Source: a virus. Taken from it: a stretch of 64,000 nt of DNA. The translations under genes and the position numbers were made by a program. The stretch lies in the IMG/VR virus record IMGVR_UViG_3300033489_000007, positions 1,342-65,341 of that record; one strand, given 5' to 3'. Each line of letters starts with the position of its first letter. Within the stretch, counting starts at the first letter, position 1. The notes beneath the pieces were generated by a model. The model did not search any database. It had not been told where the DNA came from and saw nothing but the letters and a program-made list of their open reading frames with translations. Below are positions 55,256 to 64,000 of this stretch, piece after piece.

Positions 55256-55663
55256 ATGGATTGGTATTTCCCGAAGAACGTTGATCATGGTCACGGCAAG
55301 CCATTCGGGTCGCGGGTCCTGTTACAATTGAAAAAACCTGAGGTGGTGTCACGTGGCGGCATCCATTTAACCAATGAAACCATCGAAACAGACCTATGGA
55401 ACACTGAGGTGGCGTTGGTGTTGGACGTTGGTGCGTTGGCTTTCAAAAATCGCGACACGATGAAGGAGTGGCCTGAGGGCGCGTGGTGTAAGCCCGGCGA
55501 TTTTGTGCGGGTCCCCAAGTATGGTGGCTCACGTTGGACGGTTAGTGTCGATGGTCCTGCTGAGGTGGGGTCGTATAATAAGGTAATGTTCTTAATCTTG
55601 AATGATTTGGACATCCTTGCCCATGTGGTTGACCCGCTTAAAGTCCGTGCATTCATTCTTTGA
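55256..55663 (+). CDS. GroES-like co-chaperonin (Cpn10 homologue)
   Basis: FGSRVLLQLKKPEVVSRGGIHLT ... EVALVLDVGA ... KPGDFV ... YNKVMFLILNDLDILAHV aligns with GroES (RV.VK..E.E.KS.GGI.LT..A.EKP..G.V.AVG ... VKVGD.V.F ... E.DILAIVE). Confidence 0.6.
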   Translation: MDWYFPKNVDHGHGKPFGSRVLLQLKKPEVVSRGGIHLTNETIETDLWNTEVALVLDVGALAFKNRDTMKEWPEGAWCKPGDFVRVPKYGGSRWTVSVDGPAEVGSYNKVMFLILNDLDILAHVVDPLKVRAFIL

Positions 55664-55688
55664 TATTGGCTGTAGGAGTCAGTAATTT

Positions 55689-56777
55689 ATGGCAGATGAC
55701 AAAAATCAAGGCGAGGAGTTAGTCCTCGTTGAAGTGCCTAATGAGATAGGCGCTGAGCCCCCCGTTGTTCCCGCCGACAGTAGGGAAAAGGAGCTAGTTG
55801 ATGACGAACACGATGACGAACACGCAGGCGGCGAACAGGGGCGTGATGACGAGTTAGACGAGCGTCGCGCGGGGCATGACCCAGACGAGGGCGGTGAAAC
55901 TGACGAACAGAAGCGCGCCAGACGACGGGCTGAAAAGAAGCGTCGTCGCGAAGCCCGTCGCCGTCATACTGAGGCCAATCAAGCTGAGCTAGTAAGGCTG
56001 CGCCGCGATAATCAAATATTTGCCGAGCGTCTTCAAAGCATTGAGGGCCGCACCGTCCAGCAGGAAGGAATCCTATTAAACAATAGGATAACACATTTAG
56101 AGGGGCAAATTCGCGAGGCTGATGAGATTATTGTGCAGGCGCGCACTCTCGGTAATCATGCCGATTCGCTGGAGGCCGAGCGCATTAAGGCGGGGCTACA
56201 GAATGAAATAGCTGGGTTAAACAACTATAAGCAGCGATTAGCCCAGCAGCGGCCGCCCGAGGCTGCCGAGGGCGGCCAGCAGAGGCAAGCCCCCAAAATC
56301 GATCCTGCTGTCCAACATTTGGCCCAGGATTGGCTTAGCGACAATAAGTGGGTATTGGACAACCCAGCAGCACAGAAGAAGGTGCGGGACATCGACGCCG
56401 CGCTGCTTGCTGAGGGTTTCAACCCTAAGTCGAGAAAATTTTGGAACGAATTGGACAAACGTGTAAGCAAGTCAATTCCGAATCGTGACGATGATTTGGA
56501 TGACGATGACGATGACGTTGATCATGACGAGTTAAGTAACGAGCGAAGCGGTAACGGTTCGCGCATTAATGGTGGAGGTCCTAGTATGTCCGGCGGAAGT
56601 GGCGGGGGTGGCAGCAGGCGTTTGAGGCCGAATGAGGTCTTGATCACGCCAGAGCGCAAGAAGGCCATGGTTGAAGCCGGGGCTTGGGATGACCTAGTTA
56701 AAAAGAAGCGCATGCTTCAATCTTTCCATGAGTGGGATAAACAGAACCCGCCCAGCAAACAAGCTGCAGCTCGCTGA
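55689..56777 (+). CDS. scaffolding-like protein (362 aa)
   Basis: Highly charged, acidic N-terminus, long coiled-coil, Asp-rich segment. Position between portal and capsid genes. Confidence 0.5.
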   Translation: MADDKNQGEELVLVEVPNEIGAEPPVVPADSREKELVDDEHDDEHAGGEQGRDDELDERRAGHDPDEGGETDEQKRARRRAEKKRRREARRRHTEANQAELVRLRRDNQIFAERLQSIEGRTVQQEGILLNNRITHLEGQIREADEIIVQARTLGNHADSLEAERIKAGLQNEIAGLNNYKQRLAQQRPPEAAEGGQQRQAPKIDPAVQHLAQDWLSDNKWVLDNPAAQKKVRDIDAALLAEGFNPKSRKFWNELDKRVSKSIPNRDDDLDDDDDDVDHDELSNERSGNGSRINGGGPSMSGGSGGGGSRRLRPNEVLITPERKKAMVEAGAWDDLVKKKRMLQSFHEWDKQNPPSKQAAAR

Positions 56778-56788
56778 AGGAGTGAGTT

Positions 56789-57430
56789 ATGTCCAAATTA
56801 AATGACAGTCGTTCAACCAAGGCCGATGATCAAGCCCGCAGTTCACGCGGGAGTCAAGATCGCCCAGTTACCGAGAACAGGGAGATTTCTGATCGTGACC
56901 GTCTTGATGCATTTAGGCAGTCGTTTTTCCAGTCAGCACTACCTGACTTGCCTAAGATTCAAGGATTTCACATTTGTTGGCTGACCACCACCAACCCCCG
57001 TGACTCAATGCAGTTCCGTGCGCGGCTGGGCTATACGCCCGTCACGATGGACGATGTTCCGGGTTGGGATTACGCTACGTTGAAAACCGGCGAATACGCT
57101 GGTTGTATAGGCGTTAACGAGATGGTCGCTTTTAAACTTCCGAACCGCCTTTACCAGGAATACATGCTCGAAGCGCATCACCGGCAACCTGCTGCAGAGG
57201 AAAGCAAGTTATCCAGTGTGATCGACACTATGAGAAATGAGGCCGCTGCAAAGGGTATTCGGGCTGTTGAAATCAAAGCAGAATCGGGCACAGCTAGTCT
57301 TGGCAAAAGAATGCCACGCACACCTGATTTCGTTCGATCGGATCAAGTTCAGCCAAACGCGATTATCCCTCAAACTGAGGGCCTATTCGAGGATGGTGAC
57401 TTGGTGCCGGTTGAGGACGACCCGGAGTAG
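56789..57430 (+). CDS. head-assembly region protein (213 aa)
   Basis: ORF with RBS GGAG. Confidence 0.4.
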   Translation: MSKLNDSRSTKADDQARSSRGSQDRPVTENREISDRDRLDAFRQSFFQSALPDLPKIQGFHICWLTTTNPRDSMQFRARLGYTPVTMDDVPGWDYATLKTGEYAGCIGVNEMVAFKLPNRLYQEYMLEAHHRQPAAEESKLSSVIDTMRNEAAAKGIRAVEIKAESGTASLGKRMPRTPDFVRSDQVQPNAIIPQTEGLFEDGDLVPVEDDPE

Positions 57431-57467
57431 CTGCGTGGGGTTTTAACCCTTTCGGAGTCAATTAATC

Positions 57468-58028
57468 ATGTCGAGTACAGCTGCTCCTTTCGGGTTGCGA
57501 CCGGCCTTCCACCCATCGGGCTATGTTCGCAACACAGCTGGCACCATAACTACCGGTTATGCTGTCAATATCTTTCAACATTCACCGGTTCAGATCATCG
57601 CTGACGGGTCGATTGCTATGGCGGCTGCGGCTGCCCGTGCTATCGGCGTGTTCCTGGGCGTAGAGTGGACCGATTCTGATGGCCGTCGTCGTGTCAGCAA
57701 TAAATGGACCACGGGAACCGTGGCAACTGCTATTGTTGCGTACTATACGACCGATCCAGCTATCGTCTATGAAATTCAGAGCAACGCGTCTCTGGTTCAG
57801 GCCGATACCGGTTCGCAGTATGACTGGACCACCAATAACACTAGCAGTGGTAACACCACTACGGGGCTATCCAATGTTGCCCTGGACGTGGCGTCAGTTG
57901 CTGCTAATAACGGCCTGCAAGTACTGGGTCTGGCTCCGGATATGGATAACGCATGGGGTGATACCTATGTCAATGTCTTCGTACGGATTTCTGAACATCA
58001 GATGGTCGCGGATATCGCGGGCTTCTAA
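57468..58028 (+). CDS. capsid-associated protein (186 aa)
   Basis: ORF immediately upstream of the putative major capsid gene. Confidence 0.4.
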   Translation: MSSTAAPFGLRPAFHPSGYVRNTAGTITTGYAVNIFQHSPVQIIADGSIAMAAAAARAIGVFLGVEWTDSDGRRRVSNKWTTGTVATAIVAYYTTDPAIVYEIQSNASLVQADTGSQYDWTTNNTSSGNTTTGLSNVALDVASVAANNGLQVLGLAPDMDNAWGDTYVNVFVRISEHQMVADIAGF

Positions 58029-58066
58029 TGGTCAAAATCTAAACACAACATACTGGAGTAACGATC

Positions 58067-58981
58067 ATGGCCTTACCAATGCGCAGTACAGACTTCCGCT
58101 CTATCGTAGAGCCGATTTTGAACGAAGAGTTCAACGGTATCTACGATCAAAGGGACGATGAGTGGAAGATGATTTTCAAGGAGCAGACGGGCATTCCTCG
58201 TTCGTATCACGAGGAGCCCGTTCTTTATGGGTTTGGGGCGGCCCCTGAGGTCCCCGATGGTTCACCTATCACCTATCAGGGTGGCGGCGTACTATTCATT
58301 AAACGTTACGTGTATAAGGTGTATGGGCTCGGCTTCGCGCTGACCCGGGTGTTGGTGGAGGACGGTGATCACATTAAGATCGGCCAAATCTACTCGCGCC
58401 ATCTTGCACAATCGATGATCGAGACTAAGGAAACGTTGTGCGCCAACGTGATGAATCGTTCTTTCAATGGTTCGTATGTGGGCGGCGACGGCGTGTCCCT
58501 GATCAATTTGTCCCACCCAATCGTTAACGGCGTGGCATCCAATCAATTGACGACAGCGGCTGCATTGTCGCAAACGTCTCTTGAACAGTTGCTTATTCAG
58601 ATTCGTAATGCTGTTGATAATAATGGCAAGCGTATTCGTCTGAATCCAGAGAAGATCGTGGGTGGTCCGTCCCAAGTGTTCCAGGCTGAAGTGTTGCTGA
58701 AGAGCGTGCTGCGTACCGGAACTGCTAATAACGACATCAATCCCGTTAACTCGATGGGCTTGCTGAAGGGCGGTCAGGCCAACTTGTCTCGTATCACCTC
58801 CACCACCGCATGGTGGATTGAAACCAACGCCCCAGAAGGCTTGAAGTTGATGAAGCGTCGTGGCTTGGAAAAGGCCATGGAAGGCGATTTCCAGACCGAC
58901 AGTATGCAGTACAAGTCGACAGAACGTTACAACGAAGGTTGGACCGACTGGCGCGCGATGTACGGCACCGCTGGCCTGTAA
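58067..58981 (+). CDS. putative major capsid protein (304 aa)
   Basis: Size and position after the scaffold. RBS GGAG. GC-rich stem-loop after the stop (GCCCGCCCCC ... GGGGGCGGGC, 59004–59030). Confidence 0.45.
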   Translation: MALPMRSTDFRSIVEPILNEEFNGIYDQRDDEWKMIFKEQTGIPRSYHEEPVLYGFGAAPEVPDGSPITYQGGGVLFIKRYVYKVYGLGFALTRVLVEDGDHIKIGQIYSRHLAQSMIETKETLCANVMNRSFNGSYVGGDGVSLINLSHPIVNGVASNQLTTAAALSQTSLEQLLIQIRNAVDNNGKRIRLNPEKIVGGPSQVFQAEVLLKSVLRTGTANNDINPVNSMGLLKGGQANLSRITSTTAWWIETNAPEGLKLMKRRGLEKAMEGDFQTDSMQYKSTERYNEGWTDWRAMYGTAGL

Positions 58982-59071
58982 TTTGAGTGTTAGATGACCT
59001 AGCGCCCGCCCCCGATGTAAAGGGGGCGGGCCGCGTTCCAGATGATAATGGTTATTAACTAGGAGACCGCA

Positions 59072-59773
59072 ATGTTTATCGATAATCAAGTAACTCGGTT
59101 TGGGAGTGGCGTCACTAACAACGAAGTGGCGAGCATCTTCAACTCGATGACGATGCTCGACCCAACCAAGTTTCACGTTTTTTTGGAAGATTTTGACTAC
59201 TTTACGGCTGGTGATTGGACGATCACGGAAGTCGGGGCTGCGGGCACCGAAGCTTTGGCCGACGGTGACGGTGGTCTGCTGCTGCTGACGGTTGATGCCG
59301 GTGCCGCCGATTCTATTGCCATGCAAAAGGTCGGTTCATCTTTCTTGATGGCTGCGGGTAAAAAGGCGTTTGGCAAATTCCGTTTAAAGCTTAATCTAGC
59401 CACCCAATCCAGGTTTTTGATCGGTCTGGCTATTACCGATACGACTCCGGAGGACGCCACTGACGGCATGTACTTTATCAAGGCTGACGGCTCTACCGAC
59501 ATCTCAGTGGTTTGTCGTAAAAACGCTACTACGGGGTCTACAACTGCTGTAGCGACCACGTTGGTTGATGACACTTTCATTGATTTGTGTTATTTCTATG
59601 ATGGAGTCGATCGACTGTACTATGGCTACAACACTACGGTGGTCGGATATTTGGATGCATCCGCGTCTTTCTTGCCTGACATCGTCCTTACTCCAACTAT
59701 TTTCGTTGGCAATGGCGAGGCTGTCGCTAAGATTGGTACGGTTGATCTGTTTTTTGCGGCCAAAGAGCGCTAA
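59072..59773 (+). CDS. virion structural protein (233 aa)
   Basis: RBS AGGAG. Confidence 0.4.
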   Translation: MFIDNQVTRFGSGVTNNEVASIFNSMTMLDPTKFHVFLEDFDYFTAGDWTITEVGAAGTEALADGDGGLLLLTVDAGAADSIAMQKVGSSFLMAAGKKAFGKFRLKLNLATQSRFLIGLAITDTTPEDATDGMYFIKADGSTDISVVCRKNATTGSTTAVATTLVDDTFIDLCYFYDGVDRLYYGYNTTVVGYLDASASFLPDIVLTPTIFVGNGEAVAKIGTVDLFFAAKER

Positions 59774-59803
59774 CCCACCTATCAGCACTTTAGGAGGTGC
59801 GTT

Positions 59804-60454
59804 ATGCGTCCTGTCAATCTCAGGTTGGGCATCATTGATGTAGATGGTGTCTGTTTGTCACAGACAGTGGGAGCGGCGGGGGATGCCGTCATTAATGGCA
59901 CGCTGAGTCGGGGGGGTGTGGCATATATTACTGCCAACACCAACCTCATTCCCAGTGGGTATGAGCAGTATTTCTTGCGGATAGGCACTGCGGCTAATCT
60001 TAGTGGTATTAATTTCACTATTTATGGCTTCGATGCCCAAGGCAACACTATAGAGGAGGTCATAGTAGGCCCAAACGCCACCACTGCCGACTCAACTGAG
60101 TTGTATCAAGTAGTCACTCGGGTGGCTGTTGATGGGGCTACCGTTGGCGCTTTTATAATCGGCACAATAGGTTTGGGTGAAACAGCCCCAATTCCTCTTG
60201 ACTCATATATTTCACCCTTCCAGGTTACTATAAGTGTCGAGGCTGCTGTGGGAGATAACATAGACGTTGAATTCACCAACGACAATGTATTTGACCCCAA
60301 TCAAAATTTGACGTGGGCAGCGGTGTCCGGCATGTCGAATCTGGCAGCCCCCACTGTAGCTACTTTAGTGTCCCCCGTTAGTGCCCTGCGGGTAGTAACT
60401 CAGGCGGTGGTTGGAACAGTGACCGGTTCAATCCGTCAGGCAGGGTTGACATGA
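59804..60454 (+). CDS. virion structural protein (216 aa)
   Basis: RBS AGGAGG. Confidence 0.4.
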   Translation: MRPVNLRLGIIDVDGVCLSQTVGAAGDAVINGTLSRGGVAYITANTNLIPSGYEQYFLRIGTAANLSGINFTIYGFDAQGNTIEEVIVGPNATTADSTELYQVVTRVAVDGATVGAFIIGTIGLGETAPIPLDSYISPFQVTISVEAAVGDNIDVEFTNDNVFDPNQNLTWAAVSGMSNLAAPTVATLVSPVSALRVVTQAVVGTVTGSIRQAGLT

Positions 60455-61281
60455 CCGGGATTGTGGGGGAGCCGGACCCCACTCCATTTAACTCGGTCAT
60501 AGCTCAGGATCAATCTTCTGAGCTTGTTAGGTCTATTGACCATGAGACGATGCTTGTTGAGAATTCGTTTGCTGGGCGTCATATTTTTCATCTATTTGGC
60601 CGCAATAACGATGTGGACGCCGCTGAAGATATTTGGCCCGGTGGCGGCGATTACACTGGGTTCCCGACGGGAGCAGCGGACACTTTCACAACTGTTAGTA
60701 GTTCTGCCGCAGATGCTGCAGCTGGTACTGGTGCTCGCACGTGGCGGTGGTTTTATTTAGATGAAAATTTTCAGGGTTTTGATGCTAACGGTATACCTCT
60801 TTTCTTTGATGTTACCTTAAATGGCCTCACTCCGGTTACTTCGGTGGTTACTGGTAAGAGGCTATACGGGGGGTATTGTGTCTCTGCCGGATCGGGCCTG
60901 ACAAATGCCGGGAACATAACAGTATATCACACCGCTGCGCCAGCTGAGATATTTGCAGTGGCTCGGGCTGGGGTGGGGCAGGCTGAGATGGCTGTTATGA
61001 CCATCCCTTTAGGCTATACTGGGTTTATTCGTCGTTATTCCGCCTCAATGTACGATAACACCGCTAATTCCGCCGCAATAGCTATTAAGGTTATTACCCC
61101 GGCCAGGGTTCAAATTCTTCTTAGATCATTCCATATATCAACTACATCGGGTTATGACTCTAGGCCATATAGCGGGTTTTATTTTTCGGAGATGGACGAC
61201 GTTGTTATGCGCGCCCTTTCGGTACTAAACGCCAATGCTGATATCGACGCGTCTTTCGATATTGAACTAGTTAAGAATTGA
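60451..61281 (+). CDS. virion structural protein (276 aa)
   Basis: Coupled ORF. Confidence 0.4.
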   Translation: MTGIVGEPDPTPFNSVIAQDQSSELVRSIDHETMLVENSFAGRHIFHLFGRNNDVDAAEDIWPGGGDYTGFPTGAADTFTTVSSSAADAAAGTGARTWRWFYLDENFQGFDANGIPLFFDVTLNGLTPVTSVVTGKRLYGGYCVSAGSGLTNAGNITVYHTAAPAEIFAVARAGVGQAEMAVMTIPLGYTGFIRRYSASMYDNTANSAAIAIKVITPARVQILLRSFHISTTSGYDSRPYSGFYFSEMDDVVMRALSVLNANADIDASFDIELVKN

Positions 61282-61290
61282 GGTGCAATC

Positions 61291-61578
61291 ATGAAAGGTT
61301 TCAAAAACACTACTAAGACAAAGATAGGCCATTCGTTCCCGTCTAATAATGTGTCGGTTAAATCGCATACTAGGGCTAAGCCTATGTGTAAGGGCGGCAA
61401 GGCTATGTATGCGGACGGGGGTTTGGTCGGTCATCATGACAACCCATCTAAGTTCGCCGAGAACATGAATTGGTCCGACTACAAGAAGGGTGGGAAGGTA
61501 AAGCACCCCGATGTAGCGGAAGATAAAAAGTTGATCAAGAAGGAATTGGATAAACGGATGGGCCACAGTTCGAAGTGA
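61291..61578 (+). CDS. small basic virion protein with YADGG / KKGGKV motifs (95 aa)
   Basis: Lys-rich. Shares the short motif with the internal virion proteins. Confidence 0.4.
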   Translation: MKGFKNTTKTKIGHSFPSNNVSVKSHTRAKPMCKGGKAMYADGGLVGHHDNPSKFAENMNWSDYKKGGKVKHPDVAEDKKLIKKELDKRMGHSSK

Positions 61579-61677
61579 TTGCGGCGGGCCGCCTGGGGTG
61601 GTATACTTCGGGCATCTCCTACGAGTGGGCTGAACAAGCGCGCTGACTGGTTCAGGCTGCTGTAAGGGGCGACCGTC

Positions 61678-62748
61678 TTGGCTACTTCCGGAACAGTTTC
61701 GGCAACATCATTCACAACCAGAAAGTTGCTGGACCACGCCTTCCGTCGGTGTAAAATCCCTAATCAGGGCATCACGGCGGAGATGCTCAGCAACGGGTTG
61801 TCGTCCCTCTATCTGTTATTGAATGACCTATCCGTCCAGGGTATACCCCTATGGACTATCGAAACCGATTTGCTCGGTATAACGCTCGGTCAGCCGGTGG
61901 TGTCCACCCCCCAGGGCACGGTTGACATCCTTAATATTAATGTCAGGAATATGGCGCGGGTTACGGGGACCTATTCGTCCACTACCGGCACCGCTGATAA
62001 CGCCTTTGATGGCGATGTAGAAACTGTTTGTACTGAGTCGGCCCCGGCCGGTTCCATTACTTTGGATACTGGTGCTACCGGCACGGCATATGTGACTACG
62101 GTTGGGCTGTTGCCGGGTGCTACGGCTACGTGGTCCATATCGTTGGAGTTTTCTGATGATAATGTGTCCTATACTCAATACTATAGCGATACTGCTTTAA
62201 GCGTCACCGATCGCACGTGGGTGTGGCTCGACTTCAACACTATCTCAAGCACACATAGGTATTGGCGTATAACGGGTGGTGCGGCCACTACCCTAATATT
62301 ACGTGAGTTGTACTATGGTAACACTCCGAATGATATTTTGATGGGAGTGTTGAATCGCGACAATTACTTCCTATTACCCAACAAGACGTTCCGGGGCCTA
62401 CCCCTGCAATACTGGCTAGATAAGCAGGATGATGTGCCATTGGTCCGGATGTGGCCAGCGCCGGACACTGCCTCGCAGTTCCGGGTGTTAGTAATTCAGC
62501 GACAGCGCTATGTGGAGGATGTGGGCACGTTGCAACAGACTATTGAAGTGCCGCAGCGCTGGTACGACGCCGTTATTTGGGCACTGGCTGAAATTCTGGC
62601 CATAGAAACCAAGGAGGTGGAGACCGATAAGGTGTTGCCCGCTATTCAAAAGATGAAAGATAAGGCGTGGGCGCAGGCGTGGGCGGCAGAACACACGGCT
62701 GATCCCTTGCAGATTCAACCCGACATCAGCATATACACGAGGTGTTAG
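61678..62748 (+). CDS. virion structural protein (approx. 356 aa; TTG start, may begin upstream at 61588)
   Basis: ORF with a non-ATG start. Confidence 0.4.
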   Translation: MATSGTVSATSFTTRKLLDHAFRRCKIPNQGITAEMLSNGLSSLYLLLNDLSVQGIPLWTIETDLLGITLGQPVVSTPQGTVDILNINVRNMARVTGTYSSTTGTADNAFDGDVETVCTESAPAGSITLDTGATGTAYVTTVGLLPGATATWSISLEFSDDNVSYTQYYSDTALSVTDRTWVWLDFNTISSTHRYWRITGGAATTLILRELYYGNTPNDILMGVLNRDNYFLLPNKTFRGLPLQYWLDKQDDVPLVRMWPAPDTASQFRVLVIQRQRYVEDVGTLQQTIEVPQRWYDAVIWALAEILAIETKEVETDKVLPAIQKMKDKAWAQAWAAEHTADPLQIQPDISIYTRC

Positions 62749-63072
62749 GTGCCACGCTTTCTAAACACTGAAGGTAAGTCGCTGCTTGGGATTGGGGTGT
62801 GTGATCGTTGCCATCTAAAATTCCCCATCATAGACTTGATGCCCGATAAAAATTTCCCTGGGCTGCGAGTGTGCAAGCGTGACTCCGACCAATTAGATCC
62901 TTGGCGTTTACCTGCCCGCATCCCCGAGAATATTGCGCTGCCGTTTACGCGCCCGGATGTTCCAATCGATGGGCCGCCCGCGCCGCCCGCGCCGGATGTT
63001 CGTATAACTGAAGATGAGCGTATTCGTATCACCGAGGTCGGTGATGTTCGTATTACAGGCATACCAGAATGA
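62749..63072 (+). CDS. hypothetical protein (107 aa, GTG start)
   Basis: CDRCH Cys motif and Pro-rich PPAPPAP. ATGA overlap with the next gene. Confidence 0.35.
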   Translation: MPRFLNTEGKSLLGIGVCDRCHLKFPIIDLMPDKNFPGLRVCKRDSDQLDPWRLPARIPENIALPFTRPDVPIDGPPAPPAPDVRITEDERIRITEVGDVRITGIPE

Positions 63073-64000
63073 CTGATGTAAAGATACCAGCATTACCTCT
63101 AGGCGTAGCTCTTACAGGCAACGAGTTGTTTGAGTGTGTTCAAGCTGGGGTTAGTGTCCATGTCCCGTCGTCGTTTTTCCCAGCTAACACTGAAAGTTAC
63201 TTAACGTTGACAGCAGCCCCCCTGTTGTCTGCTTCGCGCCGTCTAGTTAACGGCACTGGTATAACGTTTACGGACGGTGGCCCAGGCGGTACTCTAACGA
63301 TTTCATTCGCAACCGAAACCATCAGCCTTGGCGATTTGTCGGATGTTACGTTAACGGCTCCGGTAGCCGGTCAAGTGCTTGGGTATGATGGAGCAGCTTG
63401 GGTTAACACCTCTTCCCCTGGTGTGGTTTTTGCGACACCGACGGGTGTCATAGGGTTGGCAGCCGTTGCTGGTGTTGCTACTACTTCTGTCCGATCGGAT
63501 TCATCTCCAGCGTTAAGTCAGGCAATTATTCCTACTTGGACCGGAGTGCATACGTTCGACGTTGCCCCTCGGGCTTCGTCTGTCGCAGTAGACTTGGGCC
63601 TTACGGGTGCTAGGTGGGGAACAATCTACGGGAGCGGTCTAGTCCTAACTAATCCCGTAAACGTCGCGAACGGGGGAACGGAAATTACGTCGTATGCTAT
63701 AGGTGATTTGATTTATGCTTCTGGTGCCACTACACTATCGAAGCTTGCGGATGTGGCGGTAGGCTCTTATCTAAGATCAGGTGGTGTTGGCGTTGCACCA
63801 TTGTGGTCCACTACTGTACTGCCTAATTCAGCTACGACTGGTGATCTGTTGTATGCTTCAGCCAGCAATGTTTACTCAAATTTGGCTGATGTTACCGTGG
63901 GGAGCTATCTAAGATCAGGTGGTGTTGGCGTTGCACCATTGTGGTCCACTACTGTACTGCCTAATTCAGCTACGACTGGTGATCTGTTGTATGCTTCAGC
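63069..64000 (+). CDS. tail fibre protein, 5' portion (partial, runs off the window)
   Basis: ORF open to the window end. Gly/Thr/Ala/Val-rich fibre-like sequence with a 138-bp in-frame tandem duplication. Confidence 0.5.
   Translation, partial: MTDVKIPALPLGVALTGNELFECVQAGVSVHVPSSFFPANTESYLTLTAAPLLSASRRLVNGTGITFTDGGPGGTLTISFATETISLGDLSDVTLTAPVAGQVLGYDGAAWVNTSSPGVVFATPTGVIGLAAVAGVATTSVRSDSSPALSQAIIPTWTGVHTFDVAPRASSVAVDLGLTGARWGTIYGSGLVLTNPVNVANGGTEITSYAIGDLIYASGATTLSKLADVAVGSYLRSGGVGVAPLWSTTVLPNSATTGDLLYASASNVYSNLADVTVGSYLRSGGVGVAPLWSTTVLPNSATTGDLLYAS
63768..64000 (+). repeat. 138-bp near-perfect tandem duplication within tail fibre gene
   Basis: 63768–63905 and 63906–64000 are identical over at least 90 nt (…TATCTAAGATCAGGTGGTGTTGGCGTTGCACCATTGTGG…). 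Confidence 0.8.

Noticed and set aside
58292-59326. 344-aa − strand ORF antisense to the capsid-region genes
   Set aside because: It spans two sense genes and their intergenic region, has an Arg/Gly/His-rich composition, and a − strand orientation inconsistent with the surrounding rightward late operon.
1-64000. CRISPR arrays, rRNA genes, integrase/transposase genes and attachment sites
   Set aside because: No spacer-repeat periodicity, no rRNA-like conserved stretches, and no tyrosine or serine recombinase or DDE transposase motifs in any frame. The window looks like phage-internal sequence only.

Overview
This window is a densely coded 64-kb slice of a tailed, dsDNA phage genome (lytic phage or prophage interior). 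I found no integrase, rRNA or CRISPR array, and no tRNA I could support. It has three transcription blocks. Block one (1–15.8 kb, + strand) holds a tail-fibre 3' end, a lysis cassette (M15 endolysin, holin-like, lipoprotein), tail-fibre and large internal-virion/ejection-type proteins, and an HNH endonuclease. Block two (15.8–46.5 kb, − strand) carries nucleotide-metabolism, replication and early accessory genes. Block three (47–64 kb, + strand) holds putative small terminase, large terminase, portal, a GroES-like co-chaperonin, scaffold, capsid-region proteins and a tail-fibre 5' end. The standout is a complete-looking 2-aminoadenine (Z-base) DNA biosynthesis cluster on the − strand. It comprises an HD-domain YfbR/DatZ-like dNTPase, a MazG-like MazZ, a PurA-homologue PurZ whose P-loop is changed to QWGSCGKG, a family-A exo-proficient DNA polymerase (DpoZ-like), a DUF550-like dATP/dGTP pyrophosphohydrolase and an AEP primase-polymerase. 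This predicts a genome in which adenine is replaced by diaminopurine. Other notable early-region content: a phage-encoded SPFH/prohibitin-like membrane protein paired with a protease-less AAA+ ATPase (HflKC/FtsH-like arrangement); a CsrA homologue with a strong RBS; an ECF sigma factor with an XRE regulator; a triplicated small basic-protein family whose members each sit behind their own putative promoter; two paralogous free-standing HNH endonucleases; recurring CGGGTCGCGG and GGGTCCC(ATCGT) motifs confined to promoter/intergenic regions; a short (Y/K)ADGG / KGGKV peptide motif shared by several virion proteins; a 32-bp exact repeat duplicating the portal translation-initiation region; and a 138-bp in-frame tandem duplication in the terminal tail-fibre gene.
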